A DNA stretch of 64,000 nt from an uncultured Gemmatimonadales bacterium (GTDB taxonomy: Bacteria; Gemmatimonadota; Gemmatimonadetes; Longimicrobiales; RSA9), in contig CAWCRS010000003.1 of the NCBI GenBank assembly GCA_963798085.1, forward strand, positions 320,001 through 384,000, read 5' to 3'. Shown here one piece after another: positions 54,164 through 64,000 of this stretch (positions within the stretch are counted from its first letter, which is position 1; every line of letters begins with the position of its first letter). A program made the position numbers and the translations under genes. The notes under the pieces were generated by a model, which was not told where the DNA came from, searched no databases, and worked only from the letters and a program-made list of their open reading frames with translations.

Positions 54164-55297
54164 ATGACGAGCCGACGCGAATTCCTCCGCCTTTCCGCCG
54201 TGGCCGGCGGTGTCCTGCCGTTCGCCGATCCGCTGTTCGAGCGGCTCGTGCCGCCCGCGCCGGCACCGCTCCGCATTCTGATCCTGGGCGGCACCAACTT
54301 CATCGGTCCCTATCACGTGCGTTATGCCGTAGCTCGCGGACATCACGTGACGGTGTTCAATCGCGGCCGCCACCAGGCCGATCTGCCGGCGAGCGTCGAG
54401 CACCTGCAGGGCGATCGCAGTCTGCCCGACGGCCTGGCGGCGCTGAAGGGGAAGACGTGGGACGTGGTGCTGGACAACCCGACGTCGCTTCCCAAATGGG
54501 TGCGTGATGCCGGCGAAGTCCTGCACAACGCGACGCAGCAGTACATCCTGACCTCGACCATCTCGGTGTACCCGGATCAGGGAACGCAGCCGGGCGCGGA
54601 CGAGGATGCGCCGGTCACCGAGTACAAGGGCAAGGATGCGTTCGCGGAGCCGCGCGTCACACTCGAGCTGTATGGCGCGCTCAAGGCGGTCGCCGAGAAG
54701 GAGGCGTACCGCCAGTTCCCCGGCAGCACGACCGTCGTGCGGCCCGGTCTCATTGTCGGCCCCGGCGATGCCACCGACCGCTTCAGCTACTGGCCCGTGC
54801 GCATCGACCGCGGTGGCGAGGTGCTGGCTCCGGGGGACGGCCTGGATCCCATACAGTACGTCGACGTGCGCGATCTCACCGAGTGGATGATCCATCTCGC
54901 CGAGAACCGCGTGTTAGGGACGTACAATGCCACCGGTCCGGCGGCCGCGCTCCACAGCGCCGAGCTCCTCTACGGCGTGCGCGCCGCCTGCAGTGGCAGC
55001 AACGACGTGCGTTTCACCTGGGTGCCTGCCGACTTTCTCGAGGCGCAGAAGGTCCAGCCCTGGAGTGACATGCCGGTCTGGATCCCGCGCGCCATGCCCG
55101 ACGCCAATGTGGCCATGGTCAGCGTGCGGCGCGCCATTGCCGCGGGCCTCACGTTCCGCTCGCTCGCGGTCACTTCCGCCGACACGCTGGCGTGGTTCAA
55201 GACGCTGCCGGCGGACCGGCAGGCGAAGCTGCAGGCCGGCCTCGCCGCGGACCGCGAGGCGGAGGTGCTGAAGGCCTGGCACGCCGCCGGGCACTGA
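54164..55297 (+). CDS. NAD-dependent epimerase/SDR with twin-arginine motif (paralog 1)
   Basis: SRREFL; LILGGTNFIG; YGALK; RFSYWPVR. Confidence 0.9.
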   Translation: MTSRREFLRLSAVAGGVLPFADPLFERLVPPAPAPLRILILGGTNFIGPYHVRYAVARGHHVTVFNRGRHQADLPASVEHLQGDRSLPDGLAALKGKTWDVVLDNPTSLPKWVRDAGEVLHNATQQYILTSTISVYPDQGTQPGADEDAPVTEYKGKDAFAEPRVTLELYGALKAVAEKEAYRQFPGSTTVVRPGLIVGPGDATDRFSYWPVRIDRGGEVLAPGDGLDPIQYVDVRDLTEWMIHLAENRVLGTYNATGPAAALHSAELLYGVRAACSGSNDVRFTWVPADFLEAQKVQPWSDMPVWIPRAMPDANVAMVSVRRAIAAGLTFRSLAVTSADTLAWFKTLPADRQAKLQAGLAADREAEVLKAWHAAGH

Positions 55298-55479
55298 AGC
55301 GCCGCTCGCCCTCGCCACACCCCTGACACGGGCGCGCGTCCCAACGCCCGGGGACGCTGCGGCTATCCAATTGCAGGCGACGATGCTGCGCTCCGCACCG
55401 TCGCCTCCGAAACGGGAACGCAGCGTCCGCGCTAACGCCGCGTTCGCCAGCCACAAGCGCTCGATCCGCGGGGCATTTC

Positions 55480-57891
55480 ATGAACATCATGCAGGCGCAG
55501 GATCTCCGTCACGCGCTGCGCACCATGCGGCGCCGGCCCACGCTCAGCCTCGCGGTGATCTCCGCCATTGCCCTCGGCATCGGCGCGCTGACCGCGGTGG
55601 CGAGCGTCATCGAGGGCGTGCTGCTGCGGCCGCTGCCCTACCCGCAGCCGGATCGCGTGGTATGGCTGAACGGCCTGAGCGCCAGTACCGCCGCGGCGAT
55701 TCACGGGCGCGCCAACCCCTACGATGTGGCCGACTGGATCCGCGAGACGCGCAGCTTCAGCGCCATTGCTGCGTTCCAGACCTCGCACTCGACGCTGCTG
55801 CTGCCGGGCGGTCCCGAACGCGTGGGCATTGCCGACGTCAGCCCGGGCATGGACCGGGTGCTGCAGCTGCCCATCGAGCACGGGCGCTACTTCCGTGCGG
55901 AGGATTTCGCGCCGGGCGTACGCAGCGTGATCGTGAGCGACCGCCTGTGGCGCACGCGGCTGGGCGCCGACCCGGACATCATCGGCAGTCGTATTACGCT
56001 GGACGCCACCTCGTTCGAGGTGATCGGCGTGCTGCGGCCAACGGTCCTGCCATTCCCTCCCGATGCCGACGTCTGGGCACGGCTGTCGCTGCCGCAGGAT
56101 GATGGCGGGACTCGTCGCGCCGGCGTCTGGCTGGCCGTCGTCGCCCGGCTCCGCGATAACGTGTCGTTAGAAACAGCGCGCGCGGAAATGCAGGGCGAGG
56201 TGGCCGCACTGCGCCAGCGCCACCCGCAGACCAACAGGGATCGCGGCATTGAGCTGCTGCCGCTGCGTGACGGGCTGGTGGGCAGTGCGCGCAGCGTGGT
56301 ACTGCTGCTGGCGGGCTCCGTGCTGCTGGTGCTGCTCATCGCCTGCGCCAACATTGGCAACATGCTGCTCGCCGCGGCCCTCGACCGGCGCCGCGAGTTT
56401 GCGGTGCGCAGCGCACTGGGCGCTGGCACGAGTCGGCTGGTTCGCCTGCTGCTCACGGAAAGCGCCGTGCTCGCCGGCATCGGTGCGGGTCTGGGACTGC
56501 TGCTCGCGCCCACACTGCTGCGTGCACTGCTGGCTCTCTATCCCGGCGGATTGCCGCGCGCCGCCGAGGTGAGCATCAACACTCCCGTACTCCTGCTGAC
56601 TGCGCTGGTCACGGCGCTGGTCACCGTGATCGCCGGGCTGCCTTCGCTGCGCCAGGCCCGGCGCCTGGATCTGCAATCGGTGATCCGGTCGGGCGAACGC
56701 GGGCTGGGAACGCGGCAGGAACGCTGGCTGCGCCACGGGTTCGTGCTGCTGCAGAGCGGACTGTCGGCGGCCATGCTCTTCATCGGTATCCTGCTGTTAC
56801 GCACACTGCTCGCGCTGCTGCATACGCCCGCCGGCTTCGACACCGCGCACCTGCTGACGTTCGAGGTCGGCTTGAGCGGACCGCGATTCGCCGAGCTGGC
56901 GCAGGAGAGCGCATTCGACGATGCGCTGCTGGACAGGCTGCGCGCGCTGCCGGGCGTGCTGCAGGCGGGCGCTTCCTCGATGCTGCCCCTGGCCAGGGGC
57001 GATTTCCTGGATGGATTCCGGCGGGAAGGCTTCACCGATGAGCTGCCGGACCTGCCGATCGCACGACTGCAGAACATAACACCAGGTTACCTGGAGACAC
57101 TCGGCCTGCCGCTGCGCGCCGGCCGCACCATCCTGGCGAGCGACAACCGCGCGGACGCGCCGCCGGTCGCCGTGGTCAACGAGGCGCTGCAGCGCGCCTA
57201 TCTGCCTGATGGAGCGCTGGGGAAGCGCATTATCTTCCGCGGCCACCTGCTCGAGGTCGTCGGCGTCGTCGGAGACAAGCGGCACGAGAGCCTGCGTGAG
57301 GCAGCGCGCCCCGAGCTCTATCTGCCCCGGGCGCAGAGTGACAATCCGCGCTCCTATGCATGGGTTGCGGTGCGCACGGCCGGCGATCCCCAAGCGCTCG
57401 CGGCCCAGGTGCGACGGGCACTGGCGGAGCTGGATCCGACGCTCGGCATGGAAGACATCGCGACCATGCATACGCGCATCGAGGACACACTGGCGCCCGA
57501 TCGTTTCCGCGCCGGCGTCATCGGCGCCCTGGCCGTGCTCGCGCTCGTACTCGCGGTGCTCGGCATCTACGGCGTCATCGCGTACGCCGTCTCGCGCGAA
57601 ACCCGCGAGATCGGCATCCGCATGGCGCTGGGGCAGTCCGCGAATTCGGCGGTGGGTGAAGTGCTGCGTCGCGCGCTGGCACTGGCGGGCGGCGGCGTCG
57701 CCTTCGGTCTCCTGCTCGGCCTCATGGCCGGGCGACTGCTTTCCAGCTTCCTCGCCGGCGTCACCGCGCGCGACCCGCTGGCCATCGTGCTCGTGCCCGT
57801 GCTGCTGCTCTCCGCTGCCGCGCTGGCCGCACTGGGACCGGCGCGGCGGGCAGGGCGCCTGGATCCCGCTACGGTTCTGCGCTCCGGCTGA
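55480..57891 (+). CDS. Duplicated MacB/FtsX-type ABC permease (ADOP-like, no adjacent ATPase)
   Basis: LLRPLPYPQPDR, LLIACANIGNMLL, REFAVRSALGA, REIGIRMALG. Confidence 0.9.
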   Translation: MNIMQAQDLRHALRTMRRRPTLSLAVISAIALGIGALTAVASVIEGVLLRPLPYPQPDRVVWLNGLSASTAAAIHGRANPYDVADWIRETRSFSAIAAFQTSHSTLLLPGGPERVGIADVSPGMDRVLQLPIEHGRYFRAEDFAPGVRSVIVSDRLWRTRLGADPDIIGSRITLDATSFEVIGVLRPTVLPFPPDADVWARLSLPQDDGGTRRAGVWLAVVARLRDNVSLETARAEMQGEVAALRQRHPQTNRDRGIELLPLRDGLVGSARSVVLLLAGSVLLVLLIACANIGNMLLAAALDRRREFAVRSALGAGTSRLVRLLLTESAVLAGIGAGLGLLLAPTLLRALLALYPGGLPRAAEVSINTPVLLLTALVTALVTVIAGLPSLRQARRLDLQSVIRSGERGLGTRQERWLRHGFVLLQSGLSAAMLFIGILLLRTLLALLHTPAGFDTAHLLTFEVGLSGPRFAELAQESAFDDALLDRLRALPGVLQAGASSMLPLARGDFLDGFRREGFTDELPDLPIARLQNITPGYLETLGLPLRAGRTILASDNRADAPPVAVVNEALQRAYLPDGALGKRIIFRGHLLEVVGVVGDKRHESLREAARPELYLPRAQSDNPRSYAWVAVRTAGDPQALAAQVRRALAELDPTLGMEDIATMHTRIEDTLAPDRFRAGVIGALAVLALVLAVLGIYGVIAYAVSRETREIGIRMALGQSANSAVGEVLRRALALAGGGVAFGLLLGLMAGRLLSSFLAGVTARDPLAIVLVPVLLLSAAALAALGPARRAGRLDPATVLRSG

Positions 57892-58163
57892 CACGGTTGT
57901 TACACGCGGAGAGCGCGTGCTCACTGCGACGTACTGCTCGTTGCTTGTTCGAGCCGTCGACTGATGGCCAGCCCGCGCGGCTGCTGGTGACACGGGCGAC
58001 ACCACATGACGGACGCCCTGCACTCAGGGCGCGCGCGTGTCGCCCGGATTGAAGGCGCCGGTGCACTGCATGTAGCGTATCCTTGCGAGAGATGTCTGGA
58101 GGGCGCCGGTCACGACGCGGAACGCGTCCGCTGTCGTCCGCGGCGTCGACGCGCGGGATCAGG

Positions 58164-58715
58164 CTATTTGCCCGTGCCCTGCCAGTTGGCTTTGGGATTG
58201 GTCAGGCCTGCCGCGCCGAGCGTGTCACCGGGCGCGGCCTTGCCCTGCTCTCGCGGGTCATTCCCCTGCCTGGGACCGGCCAGCTGATCGTCCAGCATCT
58301 TGCGCGTGCAATCGCCAGGACTGGACAGCTCGGTGGGCGCCGCGGCGGCTTCCGACTGGTAGATGGCGTACCACTGGTCACCCGCCGTTTCCGCGAAGAG
58401 ACAGACGGACGGATTCTCACGCGACTGACCCACTGTTATGTACACGCCACTCGCCGCATTCGCGGAATCGTGCAGCGGCAGCTCCGGCTCGAACGCCAGC
58501 AGCTGATTGCGGTCCGCCGTGAACGCATGATGCTGCTGCAGCCACGCCATCTCGACCATGAGCACGGTACGCACATTGGCGCGCGCGACGGCATCGTGCG
58601 CCTGCGATGTCGCCTTGTGCTGCATGGGCAGCATTATGCTTGCCAGCACGGCGAGCACAGCAAGCACCACCAGCATCTCGATCAGGGTCAGACCGGGTCG
58701 GTCGCGGAGTCTCAT
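58164..58715 (-). CDS. Type IV pilin-like protein
   Basis: Class III signal RDRPG|LTLIEMLVVLAVLAVLASI with Glu at +5; two C-terminal Cys. Confidence 0.85.
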   Translation of the reverse strand: MRLRDRPGLTLIEMLVVLAVLAVLASIMLPMQHKATSQAHDAVARANVRTVLMVEMAWLQQHHAFTADRNQLLAFEPELPLHDSANAASGVYITVGQSRENPSVCLFAETAGDQWYAIYQSEAAAAPTELSSPGDCTRKMLDDQLAGPRQGNDPREQGKAAPGDTLGAAGLTNPKANWQGTGK

Positions 58716-58744
58716 CCGTCGTCTGCTGTGAAAGCCCCGTAGAA

Positions 58745-58772
58745 GTATCGGCAGACTCACCGGGCAATGACT
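58745..58772 (-). promoter_or_regulatory. Possible sigma-28-type promoter of the pilin gene
   Basis: GCCGATAC (cf. GCCGATAA -10 box) ~30 bp upstream of ATG; -35 match poor. Confidence 0.3.
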
Positions 58773-58910
58773 GTCGGGCTTCTCCCCGCACAAGAGCAGG
58801 GGATCGCCTCCTCCGTCCGCGCCCCCGGGCGACGGTCTGGCCACGCACGGGCTGCGGCAGACTGATCGCGATGCACCTCGCGGTAAGGATGGGCCCAGTG
58901 GTCATGGCCG

Positions 58911-59269
58911 ACCTGTGACTCGGACCGTCTTTGCATTCGTGGGTTGTGCCACCTTCCCCACCTGTGACTCGGACCGTCTTTGCATTCGTGGGTTGTGCCA
59001 CCTTCCCCCATGCTACAGGCTCACCCGCGTATCGACTGACCCCCTTGCATGCGGCACCGGGTCGCGGGCATGGCAGAAACGGCCGGAAGGAAAGAATGCC
59101 AGGCTGGTCCGACGGGATATGGCGATTCGGACCGTCTTTGCATTCGTGGGTTGTGCCACCTTCCCCCATGCTACAGGCTCACCCGCGTATCGACTGACCC
59201 CCCTGCATGCGGCACCGGGTCGCCGGCATGGCAGAAACGGCCGGAAGGAAAGAATGCCAGGCTGGTCCG
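58911..59269 (+). repeat. Two tandem 142-bp elements (58970-59111, 59128-59269) preceded by a 49-bp duplication of the left end
   Basis: CGGACCGTCTTTGCATTCGTGGGTTGTGCC at 58921, 58970 and 59128; ATCGACTGACC at 59031 and 59189. Confidence 0.9.
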
Positions 59270-59347
59270 ATGACGCTTCATGGAGCTGGATAAGACCTGG
59301 AATCACCCCGCCACCAGGCGCGCCTCGGCGCGGGGAGCGCGACACGC

Positions 59348-60298
59348 TCAGTGCGCCGGAATGAGCGCGTCCAGCTGTTCATCGAGGGCCACCAGCGCGA
59401 CCGCGATGGTGCGCACACAGTGGACATAGAATCCGGGCTGGATGCGTTCGAAGTCGTCGGTCGGGCGGTGGTAGTCCGGGTGGTCCTCGACGCCGAAGTA
59501 GAGGAAGGGAATGCCGGCGGCGTGAAACGCGCCGTGATCGGAAGCGCCGGTCCAGTCGTCGGAGCCGGTGCCGGGTGTGTCGTGTCCCGTGCGCAGCGTC
59601 ACCGGTGCCCGCGCGGCCAGTTGCTCGATCAGCGGTCGCAGGAACGGATAGTGGCGCAGTCCCGACACCCATAACTCGCCCTTATCGTTGCGGCTCACCA
59701 TGTCCAGGTTGATGTCAATGGCGATGCGGGCGCGCGCCAGAGGCGGGTGGGCCACGAAGGCGCGTGCGCCCTGCAGCCCCTCCTCCTCCGCGTCCATGGC
59801 GACGAACAGCAGGCTGTGCGCCGGCTTCGTGCCCGCCATGGCGCGTGCGATCGCCAGAATCGCGGCTGTACCCGAGGCATTGTCGTCGGCTCCGTTGTAG
59901 ATGGCGTCACCCCGCCTGCCCAGGTGATCGTAGTGCGCGCTGACCACGATCACGCGGGTCGTATCCTGACCCTGCTTGCGGCCGACGAAATTCACGCCTT
60001 CTTCGCCTGTCGAGAGACGGAAGGGGCGACGATACGCGTCGCCCACCATTTCCAGGCCGGCGCCCGCGAACGCCCGGTCCAGATAACGCCTTGCCATTTC
60101 ACCACCCGGCGTCCCCGTGCGCCGGCCCTCCATCGAATCCGCCGACAGATTGCGAACGTCCAGCAGCAGTCGCGTGCTGTCGATGACGAGCGCCGCGCGG
60201 AGCGGGGTCCGGGCCACCTGCGCCGCCGCCCGACCTGTCATCGTCGCCGTCCATGCGAACACCAGTGTCACGAACACCGCCCGCTGCATTGCCCGCAT
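59348..60298 (-). CDS. M28 family peptidase
   Basis: SAHYDHLG, NGADDNASG, DAEEEGL, ASDH, DYHRPTD. Confidence 0.92.
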   Translation of the reverse strand: MRAMQRAVFVTLVFAWTATMTGRAAAQVARTPLRAALVIDSTRLLLDVRNLSADSMEGRRTGTPGGEMARRYLDRAFAGAGLEMVGDAYRRPFRLSTGEEGVNFVGRKQGQDTTRVIVVSAHYDHLGRRGDAIYNGADDNASGTAAILAIARAMAGTKPAHSLLFVAMDAEEEGLQGARAFVAHPPLARARIAIDINLDMVSRNDKGELWVSGLRHYPFLRPLIEQLAARAPVTLRTGHDTPGTGSDDWTGASDHGAFHAAGIPFLYFGVEDHPDYHRPTDDFERIQPGFYVHCVRTIAVALVALDEQLDALIPAH

Positions 60299-60894
60299 CC
60301 GGTTTCTCCCATGTTGCGCCCGGCAGCCGCAGATCGCGCTGCCACTCCGCCATGCCGTTGCTTACACCCGCCGCCCGCGAAGTTTGCCTTGCTCGCGGCG
60401 GCGCGCAGCGCTCGAGAGATCCGGAGCACGGACAGGACCCGTGCGCTGCCCGCCGACGCCCCGGCAGCCCCATGGACACGAGCCATTCCACATTGACGTC
60501 GCGCCTCCCATTGCTGCGCCCATCGCCTGGGCCGTCCAGTCGGGCACCAGTCGCGATCGCACCCCATGTCAGAGGCCGCTCGCCCGAGGTTTGGCGCCCC
60601 TCCGTCCCCCTGTGCCCTCTGTGTGAAAATGATCCGTTGAAACGCACATGTCGCGACTCGCCTGCGTTCGTGCGCCCCGCTCGTTGCGCCACCTGAGCAA
60701 GGCCACCTTCGCGCTCCGCACCCCGCGGCCTCACACGGCCGTCCCCCCGACCCCAACCTCCATCCCGGCTCCGCTCGGCTGGACCCGGCAAAGTGGCCCC
60801 TCACCCACCGCCGTGAGCATCCTCCGTTGCCCTCGAACCTCGCCCCGCCCGCGGCGCGCGGCTATCATTGCACCCTTCACCATCAGGAAACGAG

Positions 60895-62011
60895 ATGACC
60901 ATCGACAGACGCGAGTTCGTCCGGACCGCGCTAACGGCAGGCGCCGCGCTGCGGCTCGGGCTGGTGCCCGGCGCCGCCGCGGCCGAAGCGCCGCGCGCCA
61001 TGCGCATCCTCGTGCTGGGCGGCACGACGTTCCTCGGCCCGTTCCAGATCAAGTACGCGCTCGAGCGCGGCCATACGGTGTCGACGTTCAACCGCGGCCG
61101 CACCGTGCCCACCATTCATCCCGAGGTGTTCGATCACATCGAGCATCTCAATGGCGACCGCAACGGCGATCTCGAAATCGCTCGAAGGTCGCGACTGGGA
61201 TGCGGTGATCGACAACTCCGGCCAGCGTGTCGAGTGGGCCACCATGTCCGCGCAGCTCCTGAAAGGCCATGCGAAACGGTACCTGTATGTCTCGTCGACA
61301 GGCGTGTACTTCCCCTACCGCGGCCTGGACATACGCGAGGATTTCCCGACACCGCTGAACGACGATCCGCCCAGGGAGCCGCCCTCCTACAGCCCGATGA
61401 AGGCGAGGTCCGAACTGGAGGTGCGCAAGTTCTTCGGTGACGAAGGGACCATCGTGGTGCGGCCGCAGTACATCGTCGGCCCGGGCGATCCCTCGGACCG
61501 CTTCCCGTACTGGCCCGTGCGCATGGAGCGCGGGGGTGAAGTGCTGGTGCCCGGAAAGAAGTCGGACCCTGTGCAGCTCATCGACGTGCGCGATCTCGCC
61601 GAGTTCATGATCCGGCTGGTCGAGAAGAATGCATCCGGTGTCTTCAATGCCGCCGGTCCCGCGAATCCGTTGACCATGGACCGCTTCATTGCGGGCCTGC
61701 ACGATGCCATTCCCACGCAGGCCAGCTTCACCTGGATCGAGAATTACGATTTCCTCAAGGCGCAGAAGCTCGAGTACGCGATCCCGTGGCTGATGCCCGA
61801 CGCCGACAACATGGGTGCCGCGCGCATCAATATCTCGCGCGCGAAGGCGGCCGGCCTCACGTTCCGCCCGATGAAGACGACGGTGCAGGACACACTGGAG
61901 TGGTGGCACTCGAATGCCGTCCCGGAAACCCGCCGTGCGAAACCACGCTTCGTGCTGACACCGGAGCGCGAGGCCGAGATCCTCACTGCGTGGAAGGCGA
62001 AGCAGGGCTGA
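60895..62011 (+). CDS. NAD-dependent epimerase/SDR with twin-arginine motif (paralog 2); frameshift near 61175
   Basis: DRREFV; LVLGGTTFLG; continues in ORF 61151..62011 (SLEGRDWDAVID, YSPMK). Confidence 0.85.
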
Positions 62012-62052
62012 TCGGCCGCGCTCCGTTCACGCGACCCGAACGCCACGAGCGT

Positions 62053-63435
62053 ATGACACAGGACAACGGCAGTGCCGCGCAGGCTTCACCGCTGACCCTC
62101 GTTCTGCGGCGCATCGTGCAGGTGCGCCCGGCGGAGGTGCGCGCACTCCTGCTCGGCTGCGCGTACTACTTCACCGTCCTGACAGCGTATTACATCATCC
62201 GTCCGATCCGCGATCAGATGGGCCTGGCCGGCGGCGTGCGCAATCTGCCGTGGCTGTTCACCGGCACCATGACCGGCATGATCCTGGTCAATCCGCTGTT
62301 CTCGGCGCTGGTGGCGCGCTATCCCCGGCGCCGCTTCGTGCCGATGGCCTACCGCTTCTTCATGCTCAACCTGCTGCTCTTCTTCCTGCTGCTGCGCCTG
62401 GTGCCGCACGATGCCACGGTGTGGGTGGGTCGCGTCTTCTTCATGTGGGTGAGCATCTTCAATCTGTTCGTGGTGTCCGTGTTCTGGTCGTTCATGGCGG
62501 ATGTGTTCACATCGGAACAGGGTAAGCGACTCTTCGCCTTCGTCGCTCTCGGCGGGACGCTGGGTGCGGTGCTCGGAGCCTCCATCACGGCGCTGTTCGT
62601 CGAGCTGGTCGGACAGACCAATCTGCTGCTCATTTCCATCGCGTTCCTGCAGCTCGCCATCTGGTGCGCGGCCGGACTGGGACGCGCAGCCGGTGCATCC
62701 GAGGCAGCGGCAAGAAGCGCGGCGGGCGGGGGCGGCGAGGAGAGCGCGCGCGGCGATACCGTGATCGGGGGCGGCATGCTGGCCGGCATCGGCCACGTGC
62801 TGCGCTCGCCGTACCTGCTCGGCATCTGTCTGTTCATCCTGCTCTACACGATCGGCTCCACCATCGTCTACTTCCAGCAGGCCGGCATCATTGATGCCTC
62901 CGTGCCGAAGGGCGACCCGCAGACAGCGCTGTTCGCACGCATCGACCTCATGGTGAACGCGCTGACCATCGTGATGCAGCTGTACGTGACCGGCCGCATC
63001 GCGCGCTGGCTCGGTGTGGGCATCACCCTCGCCGTACTGCCCGCGCTGTCCATTGCCGGCTTCACTGCGCTCGCGCTGATGCCCGTGCTGGGCGTGATCG
63101 TCGCCTTCCAGGTGGTGCGCCGCGCCGGCGAGTACGCGGTCACCCGGCCCATGCGCGAGGTGCTCTACACCGTCATCAATCGCGAGGACAAGTACAAGGC
63201 CAAGAACTTCATCGACACGTTCGTGTACCGCGCGGGCGATCAGATCGGCGCCTGGTCATCGAAGCTCATCGGCGCGCTCGGCCTCACCATGGTCAGCCTC
63301 TCCTGGGTGGCCGTGCCGCTCTCCGCATTGTGGCTGGTGATCGGGTTGTGGCTGGGCAAGCGCCAGGAAGCCATGGCGAGGGCACAGCGCACGGAAACGC
63401 CGCCCGGCCGCGCCGCGGAGCCCGTACCCGCGTAG
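62053..63435 (+). CDS. NTT/TLC (ATP:ADP antiporter)-like membrane transporter
   Basis: YYIIRPIRD, VSVFWSFMADVF, GKRLF, RPMREVLYT, KYKAKNFIDTFVYRAGD. Confidence 0.85.
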   Translation: MTQDNGSAAQASPLTLVLRRIVQVRPAEVRALLLGCAYYFTVLTAYYIIRPIRDQMGLAGGVRNLPWLFTGTMTGMILVNPLFSALVARYPRRRFVPMAYRFFMLNLLLFFLLLRLVPHDATVWVGRVFFMWVSIFNLFVVSVFWSFMADVFTSEQGKRLFAFVALGGTLGAVLGASITALFVELVGQTNLLLISIAFLQLAIWCAAGLGRAAGASEAAARSAAGGGGEESARGDTVIGGGMLAGIGHVLRSPYLLGICLFILLYTIGSTIVYFQQAGIIDASVPKGDPQTALFARIDLMVNALTIVMQLYVTGRIARWLGVGITLAVLPALSIAGFTALALMPVLGVIVAFQVVRRAGEYAVTRPMREVLYTVINREDKYKAKNFIDTFVYRAGDQIGAWSSKLIGALGLTMVSLSWVAVPLSALWLVIGLWLGKRQEAMARAQRTETPPGRAAEPVPA

Positions 63436-63601
63436 CCGGCGACAGAGGAAGCGTGCGACAGCGCGCCGGCTGCCGCAGGCGCGGCATGCGGTTCGTGCCC
63501 GCCGGAACAGCCCGCGCTCCCCGCGCGCACAGCATACGCATGAAAATGAGGAGGCGACGACGCGTCGTCGCCTGACACTCCGTTAACACGCGACGAATAC
63601 C

Positions 63602-64000
63602 ATGAAACCGAATCGCAGGGACTTCATCAGGGCAACCGCGCTGGGTGGCGGTGCGCTCAGCCTGGGCATGGCGCCCGGCACCTCGCCGCTGCGTACCACC
63701 CGTGAGGCTGCGCCGGTCGAACCGGCCCGCCGGCCGCTGCGTCTGCTGATTCTCGGCGGCACAGGGTTCACCGGACCGCATCAGGTGCGCTACGCCGTGG
63801 CACGCGGGCACACGGTCTCCGTGTTCAATCGCGGCCACCGCCAGACGGATCTGCCCGACGGCGTCGAACACCTGCAGGGCGATCGCAACAACGACCTGAA
63901 ATCGCTCGAGGGCAGGACGTGGGATGTCGTCATCGACAATCCGACGACGCTGCCCAACTGGGTCCGTCTCTCCGGCAAGCTGCTCCGCAATGCAGCGGAT
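63602..64000 (+). CDS. NAD-dependent epimerase/SDR with twin-arginine motif (paralog 3, partial)
   Basis: Manual translation MKPNRRDFIRATALGGGALSLG...RLLILGGTGFTGPHQVRYAVARGHTVSVFNRG; runs off the window. Confidence 0.88.
   Translation, partial: MKPNRRDFIRATALGGGALSLGMAPGTSPLRTTREAAPVEPARRPLRLLILGGTGFTGPHQVRYAVARGHTVSVFNRGHRQTDLPDGVEHLQGDRNNDLKSLEGRTWDVVIDNPTTLPNWVRLSGKLLRNAAD

Overview
High-GC bacterial chromosomal window. Gene content (SusC/SusD-like pairs, barrel-less TonB-plug protein, ECF sigma + TPR Ser/Thr kinase, duplicated orphan ABC permease, M28 peptidases, Tat-signal SDRs) suggests a Gemmatimonadota-like organism; this is inference. Left to right: partial L,D-transpeptidase, secreted HExxH protein, tRNA-Val(CAC) and tRNA-Glu(CTC), di-heme (DHOR-type) protein, two tandem SusC/SusD pairs, an LPS/lipid A gene run containing a PorX-like REC-PglZ regulator, ECF sigma/kinase, SBP56 plus membrane partner, NAD-linked formate dehydrogenase beta/alpha, heme o synthase, GGT, rhodanese, peptidases, an orphan pilin, three Tat-signal SDRs and an NTT-like transporter. 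Many genes carry single-base frameshifts, mostly +1, which probably reflects assembly error. The most striking unexplained signal is a dispersed intergenic element family bounded by CGGACCGTCTTGGCGTTCTT...AAGAACGCCAAGACGGTCCG inverted ends. Five copies are exactly 142 bp and carry ATCGACTGACC-N6-CATG at position 62, although the rest of the interior diverges between loci. No transposase, integrase or cas gene was recognised. All family assignments come from motif recognition; no database search was run.
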